DNA of 26,839 bases, taken from Kofleriaceae bacterium (lineage in GTDB: Bacteria > Myxococcota_A > Polyangia > Haliangiales > Haliangiaceae). A program made the position numbers and the translations under genes. Shown here one piece after another: positions 1 through 9,432 of the stretch (its first letter is position 1; each line of letters starts with the position of its first letter). The stretch spans positions 1 through 26,839 of the forward strand of contig CBDCCZ010000051.1 in the NCBI GenBank assembly GCA_965215005.1. Reading direction: 5' to 3'. The notes under the pieces are model-generated. The model saw nothing but the letters and a program-made list of their open reading frames with translations. It was not told the DNA's origin and did not search any database.

Positions 1-1161
1 GACGGGACGATAGCTCAGCACCGGCGCTGGCTCACCGGGCACGTGCTCGCGGGCGGAGATCGACAGCCATGGGGGCTCGGTGATTCTCCACAGGGCGTCG
101 AGACGATAGTCGGCTCGCCCATCGATGCGCTGGGTGATGCCGCTTGGCCAGTCGATCCACGCTCCGGCGACCGTGTCGTCCTCGCCCAGCGCGACCTCGA
201 GCGTGCGCGCCGATTGGCTGTAGGTATCGCCGCCGGCGTAAAGCACGCGTCGCACCTGGTCGCGTGCGCGCGCCACGCGTAGCACCGCGCCGATGGGATC
301 CACTGCGGAGACGGTGCCGGCAAGCTCGACGCGCAGCGCGTGATGGTCATTGCTGGTGTCGTTGCGATAGATGCGATAGCGCTCGCCGTACGGGGTGATC
401 ACGACGTCGTCGTCACCATCGCCATCGAGATCGCCAACGACCACGCCGCGGCTGGTGAGCTCGTCTTGACCGGTCGGCGGACACGGCAGCGTCGCTGGCC
501 AATCGCCGATGACCGCGCTCACGTCCGCAAACGGCTGGTCGGGCTCGCGGCGCAGGACCAGGTTCGGTTGTTGCCAGCCAAAGCAGTTGGTCGGTGCGCC
601 AACGAATCCATTGGCAACGATCAGCTCCTCCAAGCCATCGCGATCGAGGTCGATGAATCGCGCGCCCCAAGATATCAACGGCGCGCCGCTCGCGTTGAAG
701 CGCGCCGCGACGCCAAAGGCAGTGGCGCGATCTTCGAACACCGCGCGGGCGGGATTCCACATCTGCAGATGATTGGCGCCGTAGTCGCTTACGTAGAGGT
801 CATCGTAGCCGTCGCGATCGAGATCGACGAGCGCCACGCCCATGGACGAGCGTGGCCCGACGACGCCGAGCGCAGCGGCGCGATCGACATAGCGCGGCAG
901 ACCTCGAGCATCGAGCTCAGTGCGCAGTAGCACCAGGTCGGGGTCGAGCTCGGCGACGCCGCCCGAGCCATCGACGGCAAAGCGGTCGTTGGCGACGTAG
1001 AGGTCCAGAGCGCCATCGCGGTCGAGATCGGCGATGAGCACGGCTTGCGTGGAACCTTTGCCGGCGGCGCCAGAGCTGGCGCTAGCATCGACGAATCGGC
1101 CTTGGCCGCGACTCACGTACAAGCGGTTCTCGAGGAAGTGCGGTGTCGCCGATGGAGCCGG
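1..1161 (-). CDS. C-terminal part of an FG-GAP repeat / CRTAC1-ASPIC-UnbV family protein. The frame stays open to the window edge (3' end outside the window) and is shifted relative to the N-terminal part.
   Basis: My translation of the minus strand (codons 1161 down to 1; absent from the ORF track because it has no stop) gives HFLENRLYVSRGQGRFVDAS..ADLDRDGALDLYVAND..SMGVALVDLDRDGYDDLYVSDYG..SWGARFIDLDRDGLEELIVANG..SRGVVVGDLDGDGDDDVV..YRND..LRVELAG..DPIGA..GGDTYSQS..IDWPSG. This is FG-GAP repeats followed by an ASPIC/UnbV-type domain. Confidence 0.85.
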
Positions 1162-1919
1162 TTAGGTGCGACCAGACGTATAGATCGAGCAGGCCATCGC
1201 TGGTGAGGTCGGCCCAGGCGGCACCCACGGTGACATCATCGGGTGGTCCTTGCACCCCGGCCGCGGCGGTGATGTCTTGCCAGCCGGCGGCGCCGCGATT
1301 GGCGAGGAGCAGGTCGGGTCCATCGGCGGCCAGGAAGACGTCGAGATCGCCATCGCCGTCGAAGTCACCCAAGGCCGCGGCGTGGACGCAGCGGCCGGCC
1401 GTGAACGCCGCGAAGGCGGGGTCGGGCGCGAACTGCTGCGCAGCGGCGGACCAGCGCCAGAGCGCGGCAGGACCGCCAGATGCATCGGTAGCGTCGCAGC
1501 GGGCAAAGACGATATCGAGGCGGCCATCGCCGTCGACGTCGCCGAGCGAGGCGCCGGTTCCGACGCCCCACAGCTCGGCGGGGGTATGGCCGCCGAAGAG
1601 GGCGCCGAAGGGCTCCGTGAGGGCGGTGAAGCGGATGGCGAAGGGGTTGGGCGGTGCGCCATCGGGCGGCGGGCCATCGGGCGGTGCGCCATCGGGTGGT
1701 GCGCCATCGGGCGGTGCGCCATCGGGCGGTGCGGGCGTGGCGTCGCGCGGCTCCGGCGCTCCGGCATCGCGAGCCGGTGCGTCGGCTCGCGCGGCATCTG
1801 CCGAGGTGGCAGCGCCGGCATCGTGCTCGAGCGCCGACGGCGGGGCGCCGCAGCCGGCCACGAGGGCGATGGCTGCCCGGGGCGCAGAATCGGCGTCGCT
1901 GGCCCGGCGGCGGTTGCAT
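1082..1919 (-). pseudogene. N-terminal part of the same FG-GAP lipoprotein gene, interrupted by a frameshift near 1135-1165 and probably a second near 1876-1882
   Basis: ORF 1082..1861 has AIALVAG|C (lipobox-like), a (DGAPP)5 linker and the repeats GDVDGDGRLD, GDFDGDGDLD and ADLTSDGLLDLYV, then loses family resemblance after about DTALPRE. The only nearby ATG (1919) is one base out of frame. Confidence 0.65.
1649..1733. repeat. 15-bp coding tandem repeat GGGCGGTGCGCCATC, 5 full copies plus a partial one, encoding (DGAPP)n on the minus strand
   Basis: Units start at 1649, 1664, 1679, 1694 and 1709, with a partial unit at 1724. Copies 2 and 4 carry substitutions. Confidence 0.95.
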
Positions 1920-1921
1920 GG

Positions 1922-3199
1922 TCAGGGTTGCCGGTAGAGGCGGGCGGCCGGGAACCGAGACTGGCCGCGCGCCAAGGCGAGCAGCGTGAGTGCCGTCGCC
2001 ACGACTGCCACCAGCACCCCGGCGTGCAGGAGCTCCAGGACCGAGAGCGTTGGCCCGAGCCCCGGCCGCATGGTGCTCAACAGCAGCAGCGCACTGAGTA
2101 GTGAGGCGTTGGCGGCAAGGCGCGTCATCGCGCCGGCGCGAGCGGAGCAGCGCAGGGTAGAGATGCCGCTGGCCGCAAGCAGCGCGCCGGATAGAACCAG
2201 GAGCGCCTCCATCGGCTGGTGCGCGACTAGACCGAGGCCGTCGGCGAGGCAGAGAGCGCCGAGCGCCGTGCTCCACCAAGCGATTGCGGCGGCGCCGTCA
2301 CGCGCCCCAGGACGCCAGCACGGCGGCGCCTCGCTGGCCACATAGACGGCGAATGAGCGCTCGAGGATGAAGCGGCGAACGATGAGCGGCCAGGTCATCA
2401 GCATTGCGGTGACCCCGCCTGCGAGCACCAGCGCGGTGCCGGCAGCGCCGCCAGCGACTGCTGTGACGCCGACGATTGCGCCGATGAACACCGCGCTCAC
2501 CAGGCCGTAGCGAACGTAGCGGATGGCGCGCGCCGCTGCGATCTCGAGGTCGCCGGCGACGCGGAGGGCGGCTGCGATGCGTCGGTGACAGAGCGCCCGC
2601 GAGCACAGCGCACAGCCGCTAACCACGGCGAGCACGCCGAGCTCGCCGGCAAGCAATTTCTCGGGCCGGAGCACGACCACAAGGAGCATCAGCGACGCCA
2701 GCAGCAGCGCAATGGTCGATAAAACGCGCATCGTCGCCGCGAGCTCCGCGCATCCCAGATCGTCATCCCGACGTGCTGGCCGCTGCAGGCGCTCGGCGAG
2801 CGCGCGGCCGGGGCGAAACAACACCGCCAGCGTTGCCGGCCACGCCAGGAGCAATGCCGCAACGTGAAGCAACCGCGTTCCACTAGTGACGTTGCCCTGA
2901 TGCAAGACGATCAGCACCGTGGCGCTTTGCAAGCCGGCGATGCCGATGTAGGTCCAAAGGCTGCGCACGCGCACCGCCGGTGTGCCGTAGAGAACGGCGG
3001 CCCCGGCCAAGCTGTGAAACGTGGAGCGGATCCAACCGGACAGCGCCACGAAGAACAGCGGTGCCGGTATCGCGTGCGGTGCGGCGAACGCAATCAGCGA
3101 GACGGTCGCCGAGAGCGTCACTCCGACCGCCCCGGCAAGACTCAGGAGCAGTCCTAGGCCTGTCGCACCGTAGTTATTTGACGCGAGCTCTTTGGTCAT
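1922..3199 (-). CDS. Polytopic membrane protein of unknown function (about 10-12 hydrophobic segments)
   Basis: 425-aa ORF with many long Leu/Ala/Val-rich stretches and a GGGAGGGG RBS upstream of the ATG. No family motif recognised. Confidence 0.7.
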   Translation of the reverse strand: MTKELASNNYGATGLGLLLSLAGAVGVTLSATVSLIAFAAPHAIPAPLFFVALSGWIRSTFHSLAGAAVLYGTPAVRVRSLWTYIGIAGLQSATVLIVLHQGNVTSGTRLLHVAALLLAWPATLAVLFRPGRALAERLQRPARRDDDLGCAELAATMRVLSTIALLLASLMLLVVVLRPEKLLAGELGVLAVVSGCALCSRALCHRRIAAALRVAGDLEIAAARAIRYVRYGLVSAVFIGAIVGVTAVAGGAAGTALVLAGGVTAMLMTWPLIVRRFILERSFAVYVASEAPPCWRPGARDGAAAIAWWSTALGALCLADGLGLVAHQPMEALLVLSGALLAASGISTLRCSARAGAMTRLAANASLLSALLLLSTMRPGLGPTLSVLELLHAGVLVAVVATALTLLALARGQSRFPAARLYRQP

Positions 3200-3309
3200 G
3201 CTGCGCGACCCCTCCCGCTCGCGAACCTAGCATGGCGATCGCCGGGGCGCAGCCGCGGCATTGGGACGCGATGCTATCGTGGGCGATGCCATCTGCTACC
3301 TTCGCCGCT

Positions 3310-4839
3310 ATGCGCCTTCGCTACGGCCTGTTGCTACTGTTGTCGCTGCTAATCGCGTCCACGGCAGACGCTGGCGGGCTCCCTGACGTGATCAGGTATC
3401 GCGTTCCTGTGGGTGACGGCGCAACGCGCGGGCCTGCCGATGCGCCGGTCACGATCGTGGTGTTCTCCGATTTTGGCTGCCGCTATTGCCAGCGGGCGCA
3501 GAGCACGCTCGAGACGCTGCTGCTGCTTTACCCGGGGCGCGTGCGACTGGTGTACAGGCACCTGCCGCTCGACATGGAGGATGGGCTCGTGGCGGCTGAA
3601 GCGGCTGCCGCAGCGGCGGCGCAGGGGCAGTTTTGGCCGATGCACGATTTGCTGTTCGCAGCAGGGGGTCGGGAGCGCACGACGGTGGAGGGCTTGGCGC
3701 GCCAGCTCGGTCTCGATATGGCGCGATTTCGTCGGGAGCTCGACGACAGGGCGCATCGCGGCAGCATCGCGAGCGACGCTGCCGTTGCCGCGGAGCTCGG
3801 GCTGCGGAGCACGCCGTCGATCTTCATCAATGGACGGCCGGTGCGCGGTGCCCAGCCACTGGCGGTGTTTGCGCGGATCGTCGAAGAGGAGCTGGCGCGC
3901 AGCTCGGCGCTCATCGCTACCGGTGTAGCGCCCGCGAACGTCTATGAAACGCTCACCGGCGCTGGTCGGGTGCGAGTGGACGAGTCCGACGCCGCAGCGG
4001 TGACCGAGCTCGATCCCGAGGGCAGCTATCAAGTGGCGCTTGGGCTGCCTGGGCACACGGTAGGACCTGATGACGCGCTGGTTACGGTGACCGTGTTCAG
4101 CGACTTCGAGTGTCCATTTTGCGCGCGCATCGTGCCGTCGCTGCAACGGCTGCGGCACGAGTTTGGCGATGACGTGCGGATCATCTTTCGCCACCTGCCG
4201 CTGCCGTTCCATAGCCGTGCGCAGCTGGTTTCCGAGGCGGCCGTGGCAGCCGCGGCACAGGGAAAATTTGCGCCGTTTCATGACCGCGTGTTCGCTGCGC
4301 AGGGGCGCTTGGACCGCGCGGATCTCGAGGCGCACGCCAAGGCGCTGGGGCTCGATATGACGGCGTTTCGCGCCGCGCTCGATGAGCGTCGCTATCACGA
4401 TGTGGTCGCCGCGGATGCCGCTGGCGGCGCCGCCCTCGGTGTAACCGGCACACCGACCCTGTTCGTCAATGGCCAGCCGCTCGTCGGTGCCGCGCCGTAT
4501 CCGATGTTGCGCGACCTCGTAGCCGAGCACCGCAAGCGCGCGGTGGAGCTCGTGCAGGGGGGAGTGAGCCGGGCCGACGTCTACGCCATTGCCACCAGTG
4601 AAGCGGTGGCGCGCGAGGTGGGCGATGCGGGTCGGCTGCCGAAAATCGAGCTGGTCGGCGACGTCGAGCTCGATGCAGACGACTTCGCCAGTGCGGTGCG
4701 CGCGGCGTGTCGTGCGCGGCAAGAAGAGCGGGCCGCGGCGCTGTATGGAAACCTCACCGGCCAGCAGGCCGAGGGCGCGCGAGGAGACTGCGCGGCCTAT
4801 GGAATCGACCTTCGCCCGGCGGCGCGACGTCAGAAATGA
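3310..4839 (+). CDS. Exported DsbA-family protein with two tandem thioredoxin (Thioredoxin_4-like) domains
   Basis: Signal peptide MRLRYGLLLLLSLLIASTADA. Domain 1 has GPADAPVTIVVFSDFGCRYC..STPSIFING and domain 2 has GPDDALVTVTVFSDFECPFC..GTPTLFVNG. Start placed at ATG 3310 (3286 is an alternative), not the ORF-track start at 2980. Confidence 0.9.
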   Translation: MRLRYGLLLLLSLLIASTADAGGLPDVIRYRVPVGDGATRGPADAPVTIVVFSDFGCRYCQRAQSTLETLLLLYPGRVRLVYRHLPLDMEDGLVAAEAAAAAAAQGQFWPMHDLLFAAGGRERTTVEGLARQLGLDMARFRRELDDRAHRGSIASDAAVAAELGLRSTPSIFINGRPVRGAQPLAVFARIVEEELARSSALIATGVAPANVYETLTGAGRVRVDESDAAAVTELDPEGSYQVALGLPGHTVGPDDALVTVTVFSDFECPFCARIVPSLQRLRHEFGDDVRIIFRHLPLPFHSRAQLVSEAAVAAAAQGKFAPFHDRVFAAQGRLDRADLEAHAKALGLDMTAFRAALDERRYHDVVAADAAGGAALGVTGTPTLFVNGQPLVGAAPYPMLRDLVAEHRKRAVELVQGGVSRADVYAIATSEAVAREVGDAGRLPKIELVGDVELDADDFASAVRAACRARQEERAAALYGNLTGQQAEGARGDCAAYGIDLRPAARRQK

Positions 4840-4920
4840 CGTCAAAGCGGCCGACAGGGGGGTGCTGCTCGCGTGAATTCGATGACTTAGATGATTTCTG
4901 CGCTTGGTCTGCTTCTCGCA
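4826..4920 (+). promoter_or_regulatory. Candidate sigma-54 promoter region for the fliA-like gene: inverted repeat, IHF-like site and -24/-12 element
   Basis: GACGTCA-GAAA-TGACGTC (4826-4843). ATTCGATGACTTA (4877-4889) has 2 mismatches to IHF WATCAANNNNTTR. TGG-TCTGCTTCTC-GCA (4905-4920) has GG-N10-GC spacing. RBS GAGGAGG at 4934-4940. Confidence 0.45.
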
Positions 4921-4951
4921 AATGCCGGTCTGCGAGGAGGACGACCCCACG

Positions 4952-5638
4952 ATGCACACTCAGACCGCCGAGCACGTTCCTAGCCGCGACGATCTCATCA
5001 ACGAGAACTTCACCATGGCCCTCAAGATGGCCCGCCGAATGGCGCGTCGTCTGCCCAGCTCGGTAAGCCGAGAAGACGTCGAGTCGGCGGCATTGTTAGG
5101 CCTCACGGAAGCGGCGGCGCGCTACGACGAGACGCGACGGGAGCCCTTCATGGCGTTTGCCGCCAAGCGCGTGCGCGGAGCAATCCTCGACCTCTTGCGC
5201 AAGAGCGACATGCTTACCCGCCGCGCCCGCCGCGATGCCCGCAAGGTGGCCGATACCACCCGCGCGCTCGAGGCCGAGCTCGGCCGCACCGCCTCGGATG
5301 CGGAAATCGCCAGCCAGCTCGGCGTGAGCGACGAAGAGTTCACCAGCACCTACGCGCGGGTTCGCGACGTGAGCGTCGTGCACCTCGAAGAGCTCAGCTC
5401 GGTGCCGGTGCAAGCGACCTCGGGAACCCCGTTCGAATGCATCGAGCGGCAGCAGCTCAAGGCGGCGCTGTCGCGTGCGCTCGAGGGACTCGATGAGCGC
5501 GCCCTGTTGGTGCTTTCCTGCTACTACAAAGAAGGCCTGACGCTGCGCGAGATCGGCGCCATCCTCGGCGTCACCGAGTCGCGGGTTTGTCAGCTTCACA
5601 CGCAAGCGCTGCGGCTTCTGCGCGTCGCACTCGCGTAA
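4952..5638 (+). CDS. fliA: FliA/WhiG-family (sigma-28-like) RNA polymerase sigma factor
   Basis: [45 protein letters not shown]; region 3 [20 protein letters not shown]; region 4 [33 protein letters not shown] 4952 follows GAGGAGG. Confidence 0.9.
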   Translation: MHTQTAEHVPSRDDLINENFTMALKMARRMARRLPSSVSREDVESAALLGLTEAAARYDETRREPFMAFAAKRVRGAILDLLRKSDMLTRRARRDARKVADTTRALEAELGRTASDAEIASQLGVSDEEFTSTYARVRDVSVVHLEELSSVPVQATSGTPFECIERQQLKAALSRALEGLDERALLVLSCYYKEGLTLREIGAILGVTESRVCQLHTQALRLLRVALA

Positions 5639-5746
5639 CGGCTGCGTGCAGCGCGGCTTGGGGCGACGCTGCGTGCGCTGCTGCGGGGCTCAGGCGCCGC
5701 TTGCGCTGGGCGCTCGCAGGATTGGAGCGCCGCGGCGAGGAGCGAA

Positions 5747-7096
5747 TCAAGATGGCTGGCGCATCAGCACCAGCTCTTCGGCGGTGGTGGGATGCACTGC
5801 GACCGTGGCATCGAACTGCGCCTTGGTCGCGCCCATCAGCACCGGGATCGCCGCTGCCTGAATGATTTCGGCAGCATCGAGCCCGACCATATGAACTCCT
5901 AGAACGCGATCGCTTTGGCGCTCGACGATGAGCTTCATCAGCACCTTTTCGCTTCGTCCCGTGAGGGTGTGTTTGAGCGGGCGGAAGTGCGCGCGGTAGA
6001 CATCGACTTCCTCATACTGGCTGCGCGCCGCCTCTTCGGTGAGACCAACCGAGGCCGCCGGCGGGATCGAGAAGACCGCGGTCGGAATGCAGCGATGCTG
6101 CACCGGTGTTGGTCGACCGCCGAACACGGTGTCCGCGAAGGCTTGTCCCTCGCGAATGGCGATGGGGGTGAGGTTGACGCGGTTGGTGACATCGCCAACG
6201 GCGTAGATCGACTCGACGCTCGAACGCGAGAGCTCATCGACCACCACGGCGCCTTTGTCGTCGCAGGCCACGCCGGCTTCGAGTAGACCGAGACCGGCGG
6301 TGTTGGGGAGACGGCCGGTCGCCACCAGCGCGAGGTCGGTGTGAAGGACCTGGCCGGTTGCCAACCTGAGGCTGAGGCCTTGCTCATTGCGCTCGTTGGC
6401 TTCCACCGTGGTTTCGAGGTGGAGCGCAACGTTGCGAGCCGCCAAGCCGGCAGTGACCTCGGCGCGAACATCGAGGTCGAAGCCGCGCAGCACCTGCGTG
6501 CCGCGATGCACCAGCGACACCTCGCAGCCCAGGCCAGCGAAGATGTGAGCGAACTCGACCGCAATGTAGCCGCCGCCAACGACGGTGACGCGGCGCGGAA
6601 GGGTGGGGAGGTGGAACGCTTCGTTCGAGGTAACCGCTAACTCGGCGCCCGGTATGGCGGGTACGAAGGGCGTTGCGCCGGTCGCAATGAGGATCACGCG
6701 CGCGGTGAGCCGCTTGCCGTCGACCTCCACCGTGTGCGGATCCACGACCACGCCGCGGCCGGAAATCATCTCGACCCCCGCGTCCCCGAGCAGTCGCTGG
6801 TAGATGCTGCTCAATCTGGCGATCTCGCGATCTTTATTGGCGACGAGCGTCGCCCAGTCGAAGCGCGGCTTCTCGACTTGCCACCCGAAGGCGACGGCAT
6901 CGGCAATCTCATCGCCGAGGTGGGACGCGTAGACGAACAGTTTCTTGGGAACGCAGCCGCGGATCACACACGTGCCGCCGTAGCGATACTCTTCGACGAT
7001 GACGACCCGCGCGCCGCTTCGCGCTGCGACTCGTGCTGCTCTCACGCCGCCGGAGCCGCCGCCCAATACCACGAGGTCATAATCAAACCGGTCCAT
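5747..7096 (-). CDS. gor: Glutathione-disulfide reductase
   Basis: FAD motif GGGSGG, redox motif GGTCVIRGCVPKK, NADPH motif GGGYIAVEFA..HRG..LRGFD, C-terminal HPTTAEE. Confidence 0.93.
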   Translation of the reverse strand: MDRFDYDLVVLGGGSGGVRAARVAARSGARVVIVEEYRYGGTCVIRGCVPKKLFVYASHLGDEIADAVAFGWQVEKPRFDWATLVANKDREIARLSSIYQRLLGDAGVEMISGRGVVVDPHTVEVDGKRLTARVILIATGATPFVPAIPGAELAVTSNEAFHLPTLPRRVTVVGGGYIAVEFAHIFAGLGCEVSLVHRGTQVLRGFDLDVRAEVTAGLAARNVALHLETTVEANERNEQGLSLRLATGQVLHTDLALVATGRLPNTAGLGLLEAGVACDDKGAVVVDELSRSSVESIYAVGDVTNRVNLTPIAIREGQAFADTVFGGRPTPVQHRCIPTAVFSIPPAASVGLTEEAARSQYEEVDVYRAHFRPLKHTLTGRSEKVLMKLIVERQSDRVLGVHMVGLDAAEIIQAAAIPVLMGATKAQFDATVAVHPTTAEELVLMRQPS

Positions 7097-7271
7097 CGAG
7101 CGCACTCTACTATGGGCAGCAGCAGCAGGGCGGCGGCGCGAGAATCACCTGCGCGGCTCGGTGCGGTGGGTCTCAACCGCCCATCGGATCATCCAGGGTG
7201 GAGTGGCGGACGAGGTTAGTTGCCAAGACTGCGCAGAGCAGCTTCGAGCGCCGCTTGCAACTTCGCGATGC

Positions 7272-8633
7272 TCAGTTTGGCTCGAGGCCTCGGTGGCGTG
7301 CGTCGGGGCGCCGCTCGATTTTGCGCAGCGGGCGACGGCTGAGGCCGCGGCGCTGGGTTCGCGCCCCGGCGAGCTGCTGCTCTGGACGATCAGCCGAAGC
7401 GCCTCGGTTCTCACGCCGGTCCGTAGCGCTGCCGGCAGCTGGATCGAACCGCAGGGCATCGAGCCGCGCGATGGCTCGCTCGACCGGGTCGATCAACGTT
7501 CCAGCGACCGCCGGAAACAGCTCGCAGGGTGCTTCCTGCGCTGGGCAAACCTCGACCGTGACAGTGACCGTGAGCTCGACCGCCGGCAGCGGCAGCGTCT
7601 CCGGCAGCACGCTGCACAGCGCGTCGCGCAGCGCGCTGCCAGTGCTCGAGGCATGCTGTAGCTCGACGCGAACCTGGTGCTCACGACCATCGGCGGCGCG
7701 GAGGCTGAGCCTGAGCGCTGCCGCCGCGCGTTCGCGGCCCGACAAGCGCTCGCCCAGGCGATCGCACACCGAGCGCAGCAAGAATGAGAGTGGCTCGCGA
7801 CGCGTCATCGGACGCGGGAGCGTGAGCTGCTCAACCGCTTGGAGGTTCGGTTGATACGAGCGGAATGACGTAGGGCCATCCCCCCGCGCGAGGGCTTGAA
7901 GATCGATTTCGGTCCACGGTGCGCGGACCGTGGGCGGGGGCAGCGCGGTGAAGTCGCCGATGGTGTGGATGCCTAAGGTCGCGAGCACGTCGAGCACGTG
8001 CTCCTCGATTGGCAACACGTTCAGGCGTAGTGGTGCAAGGTAGGCCGCTGCGCCACCGCGTGGCACCACGGTGACCGCGGCGGCCTCTGGACAATCGCGA
8101 CCAGCGGGACGCAGCGTTGCCGCAACCTGTGCAGTGAACCGGTCGTCGGCGATGCCGACGCGACCATGCAACCCTTGGCGACGCAACACGGCCAAGAGCT
8201 GATGTCCAAACCCTTGCCCGCGAGTTCGTGGCGGCACCTCTACGAAGACGTAAACCTGCCCGGCGCCAAGCGGCAGCGATGGGTTGTCGTCGCGGTGCAA
8301 CGGAGCGTCGAGCGCACCCGCGGTGGCGATACTAGCCCGGCCGCTCTCGAGGTCGACCCGCGGCGCGACGGTGAGCAACGCTTCTGCCAGCGCCGCGAGC
8401 GTCTCTTCATAGAGACCTGGCTCTGCAGCGGCAATCTCAATGGTTCGATCCTGCAGCGCGGCGATAGCCATTCCGCCGCGAACCCCTTGGGCCCGTGCTG
8501 CGCGCGAGCAACCGAGCACCGTTGGATGGGCGCCGGACGTGGCAACAGCGAATGCGCGACCGCCCAGGTGCGGCGCGCGGCGGAGATGCGCTTGCAGCGG
8601 AAACGACGGAAGGTGCAGACAGGCGATTCGCAT
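7272..8633 (-). CDS. imuB: ImuB-type inactive Y-family DNA polymerase homolog
   Basis: N-terminus MRIACLHLPSFPLQ lacks the DinB catalytic Asp motif. Also AARAQGVRGGM, RVGIADDRFTAQVAA, VVPRGGAAAYLAPL and LGIHTIGDFTALP, the typical ImuB layout. Confidence 0.8.
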   Translation of the reverse strand: MRIACLHLPSFPLQAHLRRAPHLGGRAFAVATSGAHPTVLGCSRAARAQGVRGGMAIAALQDRTIEIAAAEPGLYEETLAALAEALLTVAPRVDLESGRASIATAGALDAPLHRDDNPSLPLGAGQVYVFVEVPPRTRGQGFGHQLLAVLRRQGLHGRVGIADDRFTAQVAATLRPAGRDCPEAAAVTVVPRGGAAAYLAPLRLNVLPIEEHVLDVLATLGIHTIGDFTALPPPTVRAPWTEIDLQALARGDGPTSFRSYQPNLQAVEQLTLPRPMTRREPLSFLLRSVCDRLGERLSGRERAAAALRLSLRAADGREHQVRVELQHASSTGSALRDALCSVLPETLPLPAVELTVTVTVEVCPAQEAPCELFPAVAGTLIDPVERAIARLDALRFDPAAGSATDRRENRGASADRPEQQLAGARTQRRGLSRRPLRKIERRPDARHRGLEPN

Positions 8634-8650
8634 GGTGAGGTTCTACGATA

Positions 8651-8667
8651 CTGGTCTGATGTTCAGG
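8651..8667. promoter_or_regulatory. Candidate LexA (SOS) operator 18-34 bp upstream of imuB
   Basis: CTG-GTCTGATGTT-CAGG has CTG-N10-CAG spacing, and its GTTCAGG half-site matches the right half of the Myxococcus LexA box (CTRHAMRYBYGTTCAGS). The left half matches poorly. Confidence 0.55.
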
Positions 8668-8936
8668 TTCGGAAAGCTCCTGCAATGCGGTGCGGGGACT
8701 GCATTTTCGCCAGTAATATTTGCTAGTTAAGAAAAAATGTTTGGGTCGGCCAGGGCCGCGGATGCTGCCCTGGCGCTCGCGCACTATCCCCAACTCCAGC
8801 GGCCCGCGCAATGCCAATGTGCAGCCTCCAGAGCCACGGGGGCTGCCTTCGTATGGCAACCGGTCGTTCATCGCATGAGAGGTTTTTACTGGCGCAGTTG
8901 GAAGATATCGCGGAAGCGGGTATGACTGCGGCCGCG

Positions 8937-9392
8937 ATGACTCTCGAACAAACCCTGCGCCAGCAGCTGACCGCGGCCATGAAGGCCAAGGACTCGCAAA
9001 CCGCCAACCTCATCCGCATGATCAACACCAAGATTATGGAGCGACGCACTGCCAAAGGCTTCAGCGGCGAGGTCGACGACGCGCTGCATCTCGAGGTCAT
9101 CGCCGCCTATCAGAAGCAGATGAAAAAGGCGCAGGAGGAGTTCGAGGCGGCGGGCGAGCGCGGCGCCGAGCGAGCCGCCGAAGCGCGCTTCGAGGTGCAG
9201 TGGTGCCAGCAGTTTCTGCCGCAGCCACTTTCTGAAGAGGAGCTTCGTGCAGCGGTGCGCGAAGCTATCTCCGAGACCAACACCACGGATCCCAAGCAAG
9301 CCGGACGCCTGGTGGGCGTGGTGATGAAGAAACACAAGGGGCGCGCCGAGGCCGCCGATATCAAGCGACTAGCCGAAGAAGAGCTCGGCTAA
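8937..9392 (+). CDS. GatB/YqeY domain protein
   Basis: [62 protein letters not shown] is the YqeY pattern. Start at ATG 8937 (8922 is an alternative). Confidence 0.88.
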   Translation: MTLEQTLRQQLTAAMKAKDSQTANLIRMINTKIMERRTAKGFSGEVDDALHLEVIAAYQKQMKKAQEEFEAAGERGAERAAEARFEVQWCQQFLPQPLSEEELRAAVREAISETNTTDPKQAGRLVGVVMKKHKGRAEAADIKRLAEEELG

Positions 9393-9432
9393 CGGCCGGC
9401 TTGACCCCGCCTCGTTCTGCTACGCTCGCGCG

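Noticed and set aside
1649..1733. CRISPR-like array from the 15-bp repeats (the 30-bp repeats at 11438-11511 were considered too)
   Set aside because: The units are contiguous with no spacers, are multiples of 3 and encode low-complexity lipoprotein linkers. No cas genes are present.
3349..4959. Long antisense or alternative-frame ORFs (e.g. 3349..4959, 340..930, 21246..22154, 24556..25920)
   Set aside because: These are shadow ORFs typical of high-GC DNA, lying opposite genes with clear family motifs and having no motifs of their own.
8699..8713. Second LexA box upstream of imuB
   Set aside because: CTG-N9-CAG has the wrong spacing and lacks the GTTC half-site.
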